A stretch of DNA of 64,000 nucleotides from Octopus sinensis (Eukaryota): positions 8,246,001-8,310,000 of the forward strand of contig NC_043018.1 in NCBI RefSeq assembly GCF_006345805.1, read 5' to 3'. Shown here piece after piece: positions 13,891-25,022 of the stretch (positions within the stretch are counted from its first letter, which is position 1; each line of letters opens with the position of its first letter). The position numbers were made by a program, and so were the translations under genes. Under the pieces are notes generated by a model, which made no database searches, was not told where the DNA came from, and saw only the letters and a list, made by a program, of their open reading frames with translations.

Positions 13891-14862
13891 CTGGAAATAA
13901 AAATAAAAATCACAGGAAATCATTGTTAAGTACTGGGGGTTCATGTAATTGACTAATTCCCACCTTTCAAATTTAGGGGCTTCTGCCTAAATTAGCCTAA
14001 ATTAGAAAATTTCATTTTTATTAATACTTTGAAAACATTGCCTTCATCATTATCATTTAACGTCCATCTTCCATGCATGCATAGGTGAGACAGCTGACAG
14101 GAGCTGGCCAGGTAGAAGGCTACCCCAGGCTACTGTGTCTGTTTTGGCAGGGTTTTTACAGCTGGATGCCCTTCCTAACACCAACCACTCCACAGAGTGG
14201 ACCGAGTGTTTTTTTTATGTGGTACCAGCACAAGCAAGGTCACTTTTGGCATGGTTTCTACAGCTGGATGCCCTTCCAAATGCCAACCACTTTACAGTGT
14301 GGACTGGATGGTTTTTATGAGGCACCAGTACTGGCAGGGTCACCAAGTAACTTGCAAGACAAGGGATTTCGAAAGGGAAGGGGACATTGGAGGAGGGGAC
14401 CTTGTCTCAGATGATGAAGGGTTAGAGTGTGATAGAGACACAGAGAGGCATACATACATACACACACACGCACCCATACATACAAACACACATATACATA
14501 CACACATACATACACACATACACACATACATACACACACACATACATACACACATACATACATACACACATACATACATACATACATATACACACATACA
14601 TACATGCATACATACACACACACACACACATACATGCATACATACATAGAAACACACTAATGTTTGTTTTTATGCTGAGTTATAATAAAAACAATCTTAC
14701 ATAAACTGAAGATCGACTCAATACTTTTTTGTTGAGTACATATTCATTGCACTTTTACAAGAGGACGAGTGACAATAACTTTGAAGTTTTGGACAGCTAA
14801 TCTTCATAGCAAGCAGGCAGAAACTTTGAAGTCACTATCATCATTCTTCTTTTAAAAGTATG

Positions 14863-14896
<34 letters not shown>

Positions 14897-14898
<2 letters not shown>

Positions 14899-15282
14899 CG
14901 CAGGAGTGGCTGTGTTGTAAGTAGCTTGCTTACCAGCCACATGGTTCCGGGTTCAGTCCCACTGAGTGGCACCTTGGGCAAGTATCTTCTACTATAGCCT
15001 TGGGCCGACCAAAGCCTTGTGAGTGGATTTGGTAGACGGAAACTGAAAGAAGCCCATCGTATATATGTATGTATGTGTGTGTGTGTGTGTGTCTGTCCCT
15101 CCAACATTGCTTGACAACCGATGCTGGTGTATTTACGTCCCTGTAACTTAGCGGTTCGGCAAAAGAGACCGATAGAATAAGTACTAGGCTTATAAGTCCT
15201 GGGGTCAATTTGCTCAACTAAAGGCGGTGCTCCAGCATGGCTGCAGTCAAATGACTGAAAAAGTAAAAGAGAGTAAAATGAG
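14897..15282 (+). mobile_element. SINE family A (tRNA head, CORE-like block, microsatellite, 3' block, (AGTAAAAG)n tail)
   Basis: A box tggctgtg..gta, B box ggttcagtcc, accttgggcaagt CORE-like start. More than 20 full or partial copies in the window. Confidence 0.9.
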
Positions 15283-15326
<44 letters not shown>

Positions 15327-15613
15327 TACACACACATGATCAGCTGTGGATTTTAGTTAAAAAATGAAGCACTAAACTATACTAAAATAGTGAAGCATGT
15401 GGTGTTGGTGTTGGTGGTGGGGGGCATATATTATAGTTGTACTAATAAATGATGCTCATAAATCTGAGTTTCATGCTCTACACTTGTCAGACATGAATGT
15501 TTTGGATTTAAGTTGTGGCACAGCAAAAGATGACTGTTGTGGAAGTCCTACATGTGAAGCTTTTGGGGGAAATACATTAGAAATTATTGTTTATAAAGGG
15601 AAAAAAAAAGTCA

Positions 15614-15831
15614 TTACTCTTTTACTTGTTTCAGCCATTTGACTGTGGTTATGCTGGAGCACTGTCTTTAGTCGAGCAAATCGACCCCAGGACTTATTCT
15701 TTTTAAGTCTAGTACATATTCTAACAGTATCTTTTGCCGAACTGCTAAGTTACGGGGACGTAAACACACCAGCATCGGTGGTCAAACGATGTTGGGGGCA
15801 CAAACACAGACACACAAACGTACACACACAC

Positions 15832-15878
<47 letters not shown>

Positions 15879-16052
15879 CATACATATATATATACGACGG
15901 GCTTCTTTCAGTTTCCATGTACCAAATCAACTCACAAGGCTTTGGTCAGCCCGAGGCTATAGTAGAAGACACTTGCCCAAGGTGCCATGCAGTGGGACTG
16001 AACCCAGAACCATGTGGTTGGTAAGCAAGCTACTTACCACACAGCCACTCCT
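15614..16052 (-). mobile_element. SINE family A
   Basis: Reverse-complement copy of 14897-15282. Confidence 0.9.
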
Positions 16053-16642
16053 AAGAATTAACAGCATTGAGGTAGCAATCCATTGTTGAGGGTAACTGAA
16101 TTACTTCCCTTGGTTGAGACATCAAGTTAAGAGAATTAAAAACTTGATGAGAATAGAAAATTATAACTGTACATATAGAGAGAAGGGGAGAGCCAGAGGT
16201 AGTTGGAGAGAAAGAAGAGGAAGAGAGAGAAGGAAGAAAGAGAGAGGAAGAAGAGAGAGAGAGAGAGAGAGATGAAGAAAATAATAAATAAATGGAAGAC
16301 AAAGATTTAATAGATGAATGGATGGACAGAGTCAACTACAAGAAGTGGTTGGAGATGGCAGTATTTATGTTGACTGCCAAATGGCCCCTTGAACTGAGAA
16401 TGTACTTCCAGTTCAGTAGCTAACCCTGATTTGGCATTCAGATACATCCCATGTGTGAGGTAGCTCTGAAATATACATCCCTTGCTTACATGAGCAGAAA
16501 TACATTCTTAGATACTGGTCTAAACCACCAAAAGGGAGCTAACCCTGATATTCCCAAACTGACTTTCATAGTGAACCCTTTCCACCATCTTTTAGTCCTC
16601 TCTACTTCCTTCCCCACCTCTACCTTCCTCTAAATCCTTTAT

Positions 16643-16822
16643 AAGCTGGCGCGTTAACACGCCGGGCGAAATGCTTAGCAGTATTTCATCTGCCGCTACA
16701 TTCTGAGTCCAAATTCTGCCGAGGTCGACTTTGCCTTTCATCCTTTCGGGGTCGATTAAATAAGTACCAGTTACGCACTGGGGTCGATATAATCGACTTA
16801 ATCTGTTTGTCTCTCCTTGTTT
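16643..16822 (+). mobile_element. SINE family B
   Basis: Plus-strand copy. Other plus-strand copies at 9317-9483, 29628-29775, 30245-30410 and 46000-46208. Confidence 0.88.
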
Positions 16823-17010
16823 GTCCTCACTGCTTTCTGAACTTTATTTCCAGACCAACTGCCCATCCAGTAAGAGAAATGACTCTTCAATCCTTGATCA
16901 TGAGTTGCCACCCTTTTAGTATTAACTCTGGATAAAGAAAACGTTATTATAAGTGGAAGAATTGATGGGACAGATTTTAGGGCAGTGACCCCAGTGCGTA
17001 ACTGGTACAA

Positions 17011-17685
17011 AATAGCCAATGTGAAATTTTGCATTAAACTTGGCAAGTCCGCTACAGAGACCCTGAGCATGTTTCAGAAGCATTGGGCTGTACGCAATGA
17101 ATGATTTGAGTGGCATGGGTCCTTCAAAAGTGAAAGAATGTCCTTGGAAGATGATGAATGTTCTGGAAGACCTGCCACAAGCATCACCCCCAGAAATGTG
17201 GTATTGTGCATCAAGAATTCGTTCCCCAGGGCCAGATCACCAATCGAGAGTTCTGTGACGTTTTGAAACGTTTGAGAGAAGACATTTGGCGAAAGCAAGT
17301 GGATCTGTAGAGTGCAAAGAATTGGATTCTTCACCAAGCTCTCCTCACTCATGAGTTTCTTGCCAAAAGCAACACAGGTATCACTTCCACACCTGCCCCA
17401 TTCACCAGATTTAGCACCTGCAGACTTCCATCTCTTCCCGAAAATGAAAATGCAGTTCAAAGATTGGTTTTACCATTGCTGTTGAGATCCAGAGTGAATT
17501 GCAGAAGGTCGTTCACTCACTTATGGGAAACGACTTCTAAGCTGGATTCCGAAAGAGGCAGGAACACTGGAACAGGTGTATTGCTGTGCAAGGTGACTAT
17601 TTTGAAGGAGATGAGGTTAAAACTTAAGTAAAGGAAATATTTTTTATTAAACATAATTAGTCCAGAAACCTTTTGATACCACCTC
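17011..17685 (+). mobile_element. Decayed mariner remnant, internally deleted
   Basis: Plus-strand frames give FCIKLGKSATETLSM, LEDDECSGRP and SPDLAPADFHLFPKMK. 3' TIR ttagtccagaaaccttttgataccacctc. Confidence 0.85.
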
Positions 17686-17723
17686 ATAACAGATAAGAAA
17701 CTATTAAAAAATAGTTAAAAAGA

Positions 17724-18080
17724 GGCACAGGATTGGCTGTGTGGTAAGTAGCTTCTTACCAACCACATGGTTCTGTGTTCAGTCCCACTGCATGGCACCT
17801 TAGGCAAGTCTCTTCTACTATAGCCTTGGGCTGACCAAAGCCTTGTGAGTGGATTTGGTAGATGGAAACTGAAAGAAGCCCGTCATATATCATCATCATC
17901 ATCGTTTTACGTCTGGGTTGCTAGCATGGGTTGGGCGGTTCAACCAGGGTCTGGGAAGCCAGGAGGCTGCACCAGGCTCCAGTCTGATCTGGCAGTGTTT
18001 CTACAGCTGGATGCCCTTCCTAATGCCAACCACTCCGTGAGTGTAGTGGGTGCTTTTTACATGCCACCGGCATGTGTGTG

Positions 18081-18129
<49 letters not shown>

Positions 18130-18363
18130 GTGTGTGTGTGTGTGTTTATATGTTTGTGTGTCTGTGTTTGTCCCCCACAACACATTGCTTGACAACTGAT
18201 GGTGGTGTGTTTACATTCCCGTAACTTAGTGGTTTGGCAAAAAAGACCAATAGAGTAAGTACTAGGCTTACAAAGAATATGTCCTGGGGTCAATTTGCTC
18301 GATTAAAGGCGGTGCTCCAGAATGGCCACAGTCAAATGACAAACAAGTAAAAGAGTAAAAGAG
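17724..18363 (+). mobile_element. SINE family A with a nested GAT-tailed element (17888-18075, minus)
   Basis: Head 17724-17885, 3' half 18150-18363. Confidence 0.85.
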
Positions 18364-18387
18364 AATATCATGTAATGAAGAACTTAC

Positions 18388-18515
18388 CATTATTAATGGA
18401 ATTGTTGTTGGCAACTGTTTTCCTTTCAGCCATTTCTTCCAAAATCACTTGCATTGCACCAACTCTTGGCAATGTAATATTCTCCAGAACTGGTAGATTT
18501 TGTTTCTTTGCATAT
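18388..18515 (-). CDS. LPGAT1: LPGAT1-like coding exon 4 (YAKKQNLPVLENITLPRVGAMQVIL...), not in the supplied ORF track
   Basis: Acceptor tgttttggtttttag, donor gtaagt, 128 nt, phase 2 in and phase 1 out. AKKxNLPxLxxxTLPR matches acyltransferase motif IV of LPGAT1. Confidence 0.93.
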
Positions 18516-18654
18516 CTAAAAACCAAAACAGCTTAAAACTCATTCCCTTTATCAATTAATTAAACATGGATTTTGTTAAAAAGTAAGTAACAGGAATAAT
18601 AAAACTCATGTTACAATCAGGTGTGCTGTGTCACAGTTGTAACTGTAATACTTC

Positions 18655-18950
18655 CTTCTTCTCGAGCCATGACTGGCTCATAAGGGCCGGTTTCCCGGTT
18701 TCCTTGGCGTATAGGTTCCCCACCTGGATGGTACGCTGGTCCGTCACAGGTGAACTGCTAGATGCAGGACGAAAGAGGGAGAGAAAGTTGTGGCAAAAGA
18801 GTCAGCAGAAGTTTGCCATTACCTTTTGCCTGAGCTGTGTGGAGCTTAAGTGTTTCGCTCATAAACATGCACATCGCCCAGTCTGAGATTCGAACCCGCG
18901 ATCCCTCGACCACGAGTCCACTGCTCTAACCACTAGGCCATGTGCCTCCA
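18655..18950 (-). mobile_element. SINE family C
   Basis: Reverse-complement copy of 59241-59552, 140 bp upstream of the exon 4 acceptor. Confidence 0.85.
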
Positions 18951-20329
18951 CAACTGTAATACTACTGTAACTTAATACAAAAATCAATTTTCTGGAACAT
19001 TTGGTTCTGAAACCTTTCCAGATTACTGATTTTTTCTAACCAGGGTTGGTTTGGTCAACAAACTCTAAACTAAACAAATATTAAATTTACTTAAACAGTT
19101 AAATGAAGTACAGATCAGCAGCCCAATAAAAGGGTCAAGGACATGCTGTTCCTCCTCTGAGAAAACCATGAAAACATCTATAATTGGGTGAGGGCCTTCT
19201 AGGGCCTTCTCCTAAAAGCTTCTGTTGTAGTTTAGTTTAACTGAAGCAGAATTTGCTAAAACACTCAAGTCAAAGAAGGTGCCTCTAAGTAGCTACTTGA
19301 GTTGCTGAGAATAGCAGCCAAATCTCTTTCATTGTGCTCTACCATGCTTAGAAAGGAAGGCGACATGCAGCTCCAAGTCTACATTATACTTGAAGGCATC
19401 TAGTTTGACCCTGCCTGAGATTTGAAACCAAATCTATCTGCTTGTTACTTGTCAGAACAAGTGGCAAATCCTCTCCACACGAGATGATTGATAAGGAAAC
19501 ACAGATCCTCCAGAGAAACTCCAGAAATACAGCATTTCAAACAGCTATTCAACCAAGAACTGACTGGATAACTCTATGGAAGCCCACACGTGCAACCTTT
19601 TTCGACAGCCATAGACTCGAACTTTCTTTGCATGCACCCATTTTTGCACTTCAAATGCTACTTTTTAGCTTTTCAGGACCAAGACACTTTCTAGTCAAGT
19701 TTGTCATTTTCACTTATTTCATTCTGCTTTGCTTGTTGCTTGTCAAAACAAGTGGAAAATTCTCTCCACACCAGATGATTGATGAGGAAACACTGGACCC
19801 CCTAGGACCTGTGCTGGTCAAGGAAAGGTCAGTCCTTTGTTTAAGGTTTGACCTACATTACTGACCACAGTCTATATAACAGAGAGAATTTCCTATCTCT
19901 TCCTCTTATGCGTCAGCTATGACTAAGGAGCTCTTTTGCTTAAACCATGACCAAGAGCAGCACTTTCCTTGGCTGCAAGAAAGACAATGCCACCTTTATC
20001 CTTTCTAGTCAGCACCGTGCATTCCCTACTCTTTCACTCTCTACAGACAGACAACCTTTTTCTACTCTATCAACTACTAACCAGTGAGCCATCCTTCTTG
20101 TCACTATCACCAGAATTGCTACTGTCTCTTTAACAACCTGTCAGGCAAAAGGATAAATATATGTAAACAATATTTCTTCCTTCTTGGTGTTGATTCTTCG
20201 ATGTTCACTGGTTTCTCTGATGCGAGAACCTTCAAGCGTTACATCTACACGCTACATTCAGTAGTGGGCTACCTCATACCAACCTGATACGGCACATCTC
20301 ATGCAGCCTGCTACCTACTTTAGCCTTTT

Positions 20330-20868
20330 AGCATTTAAAATGGCCACATCCAGCCCAAATATGCTACTTGTTTTATGTTCTAACCAACCAGATCCAGCCT
20401 GTCACACATACCCTTCAAGGCCGTTCTAAAAATATACAATGATATCAGGAAAATTTCAAAGCTATGAGATAATGCATGATTAATTAAGAACAATGATATA
20501 GAAAAAGCATTATATTCAACAGAGTAATCATCATCATCATCATCGTTTAACATCTGCCTTCCATGCTAGCATGGGTTGGATGGTTTGACTGAGGGCTGGC
20601 AAACCAGATAGCTGCACCAGACTCCAGTCTTGATCTGGCAGAGTTTCTACAGCTGGATACCCTTCCTAACGCCAACCACTCCAAGAGTGTAGTGGGTGCT
20701 TTTACGTGCCACCAGCATGGGGGCCAGTCAGGCGGTACTGGCAACGACCTCGCTTGAATCTTTTTACACATGCCAACGGCACAGGTGCCAGTAAGGTGAT
20801 GCTGGTAACGATCACGCTCGAATGGTGCTTCTTACATGCCACCGGCACAGAAGCCATGCTAAAGGGTT
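20330..20868 (+). mobile_element. piggyBac-like MITE interrupted by a GAT-tailed element
   Basis: MITE body runs to cagagtaatc (about 20530) and resumes at atgctaaagggttaa (about 20855). Confidence 0.7.
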
Positions 20869-21015
20869 AAAGACAATATGATCACAGCCTGAACATTGTA
20901 AATCATAGGTCTGGTCGATCAGGCTTGACCTGTGGTTAAACACCTTCTCTTTTTTTTTTTTATCCTACTATTAGAGCTGGAGCTACACAAGAACAAAAAA
21001 TTTCATACGACTAAC

Positions 21016-21152
21016 CTTTGACTTGCAAGTTTTCTCTTGCGTAGAAAACCTCCTTCAGGAAACAAAACAAGCCATTTCCGAGGTATCGTATGGAAGGTGC
21101 TCCTTAAGTGGGAACGCAACTGTTGTAGGGTGCTGTCACGAGCATCTTTTCC
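21016..21152 (-). CDS. LPGAT1: LPGAT1-like coding exon 3 (GKDARD...[22 protein letters not shown])
   Basis: Acceptor ttctgcag, donor gttagt, 137 nt, phase 0 in and phase 2 out. Contains the [10 protein letters not shown] motif. Confidence 0.95.
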
Positions 21153-21289
21153 CTGCAGAAAGTTGGACGACAACAGAAAGTAGAAAACCGAACAGTCATT
21201 TAGAAATACAAGTGCAAGGAAATCAAACATAATTCACATTATCAGTCAAAACTCCAGATCAAAAGATAGGGTTTGTTTGAGTTTCTTTT

Positions 21290-21622
21290 ATCTTTCTTTT
21301 ACTTGTTTCAGTCATGCAGAGGTGTCCCTTTGAATTCAACCCCAGTACTTATTCTATTGGTATATTTTGCTAAACTGCTAAGTTACAAGGACATAAACAA
21401 ACCAACATCAGTTGTTAAATGGGGACAAACACAGATACAAAGGCATGCACACATATGATAGGCTTCCACACAGTTTCCATCTGCCAAATTCACTCACAAT
21501 ACATTGGTTGGCCCAGCGCTATAGAAGAGGCCACTTGCCCAAAGTATATAGCACAATAGGAGTGGACCCTAAAACCTGAGGTCTCAAAGCAAGCTTCTAA
21601 ACCTCACAGCTATGTCTGTACC
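21290..21622 (-). mobile_element. Degenerate SINE family A
   Basis: Diverged reverse-complement head and 3' block. Confidence 0.65.
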
Positions 21623-21904
21623 TATTTGAAAATAAAAAATAAAGAATTTTCCACATTCTCACCTACTTAAAATATCATTTTATAATTCTGGAGTAACATA
21701 TGCAAGAAATCTTGTCTAATTAAACATAGGCGTAGGAGTGGCTGTGTGGTAAGTAGCTTGCTTACCAACCACATGATTCCAGGTTCAGTCCTACTGTGTG
21801 GCACCTTGGGCAAGTCTTCTACTATAGCCTCGGGCCGACCAAAGCCTTGTGAGTGGATTTGGTAGATGGAAACTGAAAGAAGCCCGTCATATATATGTAT
21901 ATAT

Positions 21905-22080
21905 ATTTTTTTCTCTCTTTGTTTTTCTCCTTCTTTCTTTCTGTGTCCCTTTCTGTAGACGAGCGTAGGCTCGAAACGTAAAAGACTTTTTCTATTCCTG
22001 AGCGTTATACTAATACATCTGTTTGTTTTGTACACCACCTGTCTTCATCTTTTGTTTTTTTCATAAACTTTCCCTATGTA
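21905..22080 (+). mobile_element. Penelope-like terminal-repeat fragment inserted in the (TA)n centre of a SINE
   Basis: Hammerhead-like motif followed by ttcctgagcgttatactaatacatctgtttgttttgtacaccacctgtcttc. The same block recurs at 38790-38952 and 46468-46550, always next to (TA)n. Confidence 0.45.
21945..21986 (+). ncRNA. Variant hammerhead-like motif (CUGUAGA core) in a Penelope-like repeat
   Basis: cttt-CTGTAGA-c-gagc gtag gctc-GAA-ACGT-A-aaag: stem I cttt/aaag, 4-bp stem II, palindromic ACGU. A6 is replaced by U. Confidence 0.4.
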
Positions 22081-22429
22081 TATATATATGTATGTGTGTG
22101 TGTGTGTCTGTGTTTTTCCCCCCAACATCGCTTGACAACTGATGCTGGTGAGTTTATGTCCCCCGTAACTTAGCGGTTCGGCAAAAGTGACGGATAGAAT
22201 AAGTACTAGGCTTACAAAGAATAAGTCCTGGGGTCGATTTGCTTGACTAAAGGTGGTGCTCCAGCATGGCCACAGTCAGATGACTGAAACAAGTAAAAGA
22301 GTAATCTGATAAGCTACACAAATCAAAAGATAAAGCAGTACCGCATGAAGATTTTATTTGCCAGCAGGGAAAATGGACACATGATGATGATGATGATGAG
22401 CAATATGATTAAAAGTTTGTTTTGCCTTT

Positions 22430-22865
22430 TTTTTGACAAAATTCCACTATAAGATTGATTATTATTTTTTAAATAAATATTCTAAAAATTTACAATAAGC
22501 ATTCAACTAAAACTCATTAAAATTCTACAAAAATTCCACTAGAAACTGTCCTTTTTCTCTTTCTGCAAAAATACTAAATTTCCTGCTTAAAAGTGTAAAA
22601 ACATTCCATGAAAGGTTTTGTACAGAAATGATTCTAAAAGGTTTCAATGAAATTTCTCCTAAAATATTCCACAAGAATTCTCCTAAAAATTTCCCACTAA
22701 AATTCTAAAATTTCTTTAAGAAAATTTTCACAAAACATCTTATCTAAATATTAATAAGATTTTACAAAAAAATCCCACAAAAAGTTTGCTCCAAAAGCTT
22801 TACTGAAAATTTTCCACAAAAATTTATAAAATGCTTTGCATGAAAATTGTAGAAGAATTCTATTA
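22430..22865. repeat. Degenerate A-rich minisatellite (aaaattttccacaaaa-like)
   Basis: Recurrent aaattc..ac.aaaa motifs; continues at 23465-23560. Confidence 0.6.
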
Positions 22866-23122
22866 GTCATCACTGTTTAAAATCAGTTTTCCATATGCCA
22901 AGGGCTGAATGGTTTGACAGGGAGCTAAAAATCTTGAGGACTGTGCCAAACTCTATCTCTGCTTTGGCATGATTTCTATGGCTTGATGCCCTTCCTAATG
23001 TCAACCACTTCATAGAATGTACTGAGTACATATGAAGTCCCCAAGTAACTCATAAGATCCCTCGGCTGAAGGTGGGTACAGTAGTGAGAGAGGTGACTTT
23101 GTGCCAGATGACAAGAGGTTAA

Positions 23123-23339
23123 CCCTTTAGTGTTCAGATTACTGTTAATTGCAATACTTTTTCGCTCAAATTGATTTGAATTAATCATGCATTGTCTAAT
23201 AACTTTGAGGTTTCAATGATGTGATTGTTTATTTTAGAATGTCAATGTAGGTTAGGTGTGAGAGGCTAGATACGGCCAGTTTGAATATAAAACATGTAGA
23301 ATATCTGGGCCAGATATGGCCGGTTTAAACACTAAAGAG
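23123..23339 (-). mobile_element. piggyBac-like MITE inserted in a GAT-tailed repeat
   Basis: TTAA on both sides and CCCTTTAG-type TIRs. The uninterrupted host sequence at about 4015 reads ggttaaagtat, so TTAA was duplicated here. Confidence 0.75.
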
Positions 23340-23566
23340 TTAAAGTATGATATAGGGACAAAAACAGGTACCTTGCTGTAGAGGAGATACATGGCTACCT
23401 CAGTTGGAAAAAGGTCATGAATGGTGAAGAGGTGTGAGAGTGTACCCTCAAGTTAGAGGGGGAAAAAAATCTAAAAAATTTCAACAAAAATTCAAAAAGG
23501 TTTCTAGTGAAATTTTTTACAGAAACTCTATAAAACATTTTCAACTAAAAAAAAAATTGAACAAAC

Positions 23567-23781
23567 CTGAGTGATAAAAAAATCTCCTCTGAGATTCGAA
23601 ACAAGTCCAAAGTGAGTATATTTAAAGGTACTGTCTATAATCCACATAACCCGCTTGGACAAGTTGGCCTTGCTGTGCATCAGGTCCATCAACGCTGGTA
23701 CGTCGGCAGTGGACTGGTGATTGGCAATGAGGAGCACGTTCTCATCCAGGATGTAATTGATGTCATCACCGGTCTCGATAA
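23567..23781 (-). CDS. LPGAT1: LPGAT1-like coding exon 2 (IIETGDD...NHQSTAD...KYTHFGLVSNLRGDFFITQ)
   Basis: Acceptor ccacctcag, donor gtttgt, 215 nt, phase 1 in and phase 0 out. Contains the PlsC catalytic HX4D motif (NHQSTAD) and the LPGAT1-like WIIDSTFKYTHFG...GDFFI block. Confidence 0.95.
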
Positions 23782-24484
23782 CTGAGGTGGATAATAGAAG
23801 AGGCAGAACATGGATTTAAGATACGTGTATATCAATGGCAATAAAATGAATTCAAAAACAAGTAGTAGTAGTAGTAGTAATAATACTGCTTTCTAAATTT
23901 TAGCATAAAACCAGCAATTTTCAGGAGAGGAGGAAGTCGACTACATCAACCCCAGTATTTAACTGGTATTATCAATTCTGAAAGAGTGAAAGGCAGAGTA
24001 GACCTTGGTGAGAATTGAACTCAGCACATAAAGAGGTGGAACTGCAAAGGTCCACAGACATAAACCCTCTCCTTCGCTAAATAAATCAGAGTAAAACCAC
24101 AAAGTCATCAAGGGAGTTTCTGTGGGGTTCGCTTCTGACCTTACAATGGCACAAGAGGCTACAAAATGAGACTTGTTTGACATTCATAGATTAAAAGCAT
24201 TCCATCCACGACCACCTTGGCTTTCATTCAGACAAACTATTCCTGACATACCATCATTCAATGTATCTCTTAGAAAACAAATTGTCGGGTGTGATTTGAA
24301 AGAGATTTAGCTGCTATTTCAAGCAGGTTGATCAACCACATAGAGGTTCAATCTTATCATTTGTCATTAGCTGGCAACTATATCTGTCACCATGTGGTGC
24401 ATAGGATAGAAAGAGTACATTTTAAGCGATCCCATTGTCTGTGAGAGGATGGTACAGGTTTGTTCCCCGTGCTAGCAATATATA

Positions 24485-24848
24485 TCTTTATATATAAAAG
24501 TAAGGTTGTGTGCTGTCTGTCTCCTACGATTTAGATTCCTAACTACTCCCACATTTTGCGGTGCAGTTTAACCAAAACCGGGTATCTTATAGTTGTGATT
24601 CATATCGAGTCTACGATTTAAAAAAAAATTTACCATCAATTTTTCCCATTTTTAATGCATTTTTGGCATATATAAGGGAAGTAACTCTCTAAAAATTTAT
24701 TATTAAATCTCAGAACATAAAAAGCTACAGTAACACCCCCCCCTTTGTGGTTAGCCATATTGAGATGGCTATTATACTTTACATCTCTAAAAATGCTTAT
24801 ATAGTTATTTCCCTTACAAACCTGAGCAACGCCGGGCGATACTGCTAG
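24485..24848 (+). mobile_element. Non-autonomous Helitron
   Basis: Begins A|TCTTTATATATAAAAG and ends with GC-rich subterminal cctgagcaacgccgggc followed by CTAG|T. No TSD. Confidence 0.8.
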
Positions 24849-25022
24849 TTATATATAAAGGGTGCAATGTCACACCAATAACCAGCTGGAAGATGGTCTG
24901 CCTGGGGTTCAACTAGTAATAACATGGAACGGTCATTCTGACATGGTGATTGACTTTACTTGCTAGTATAGTAACTTCCCTGATCTCTTCTTGAGATTTT
25001 ACAACTAACTATTTTGCTTATA

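Larger units (their letters stand above)
21729..22303 (+). mobile_element. SINE family A with a nested Penelope-like fragment
   Basis: Head and tail halves are separated by the 21905-22080 insert. Confidence 0.85.
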
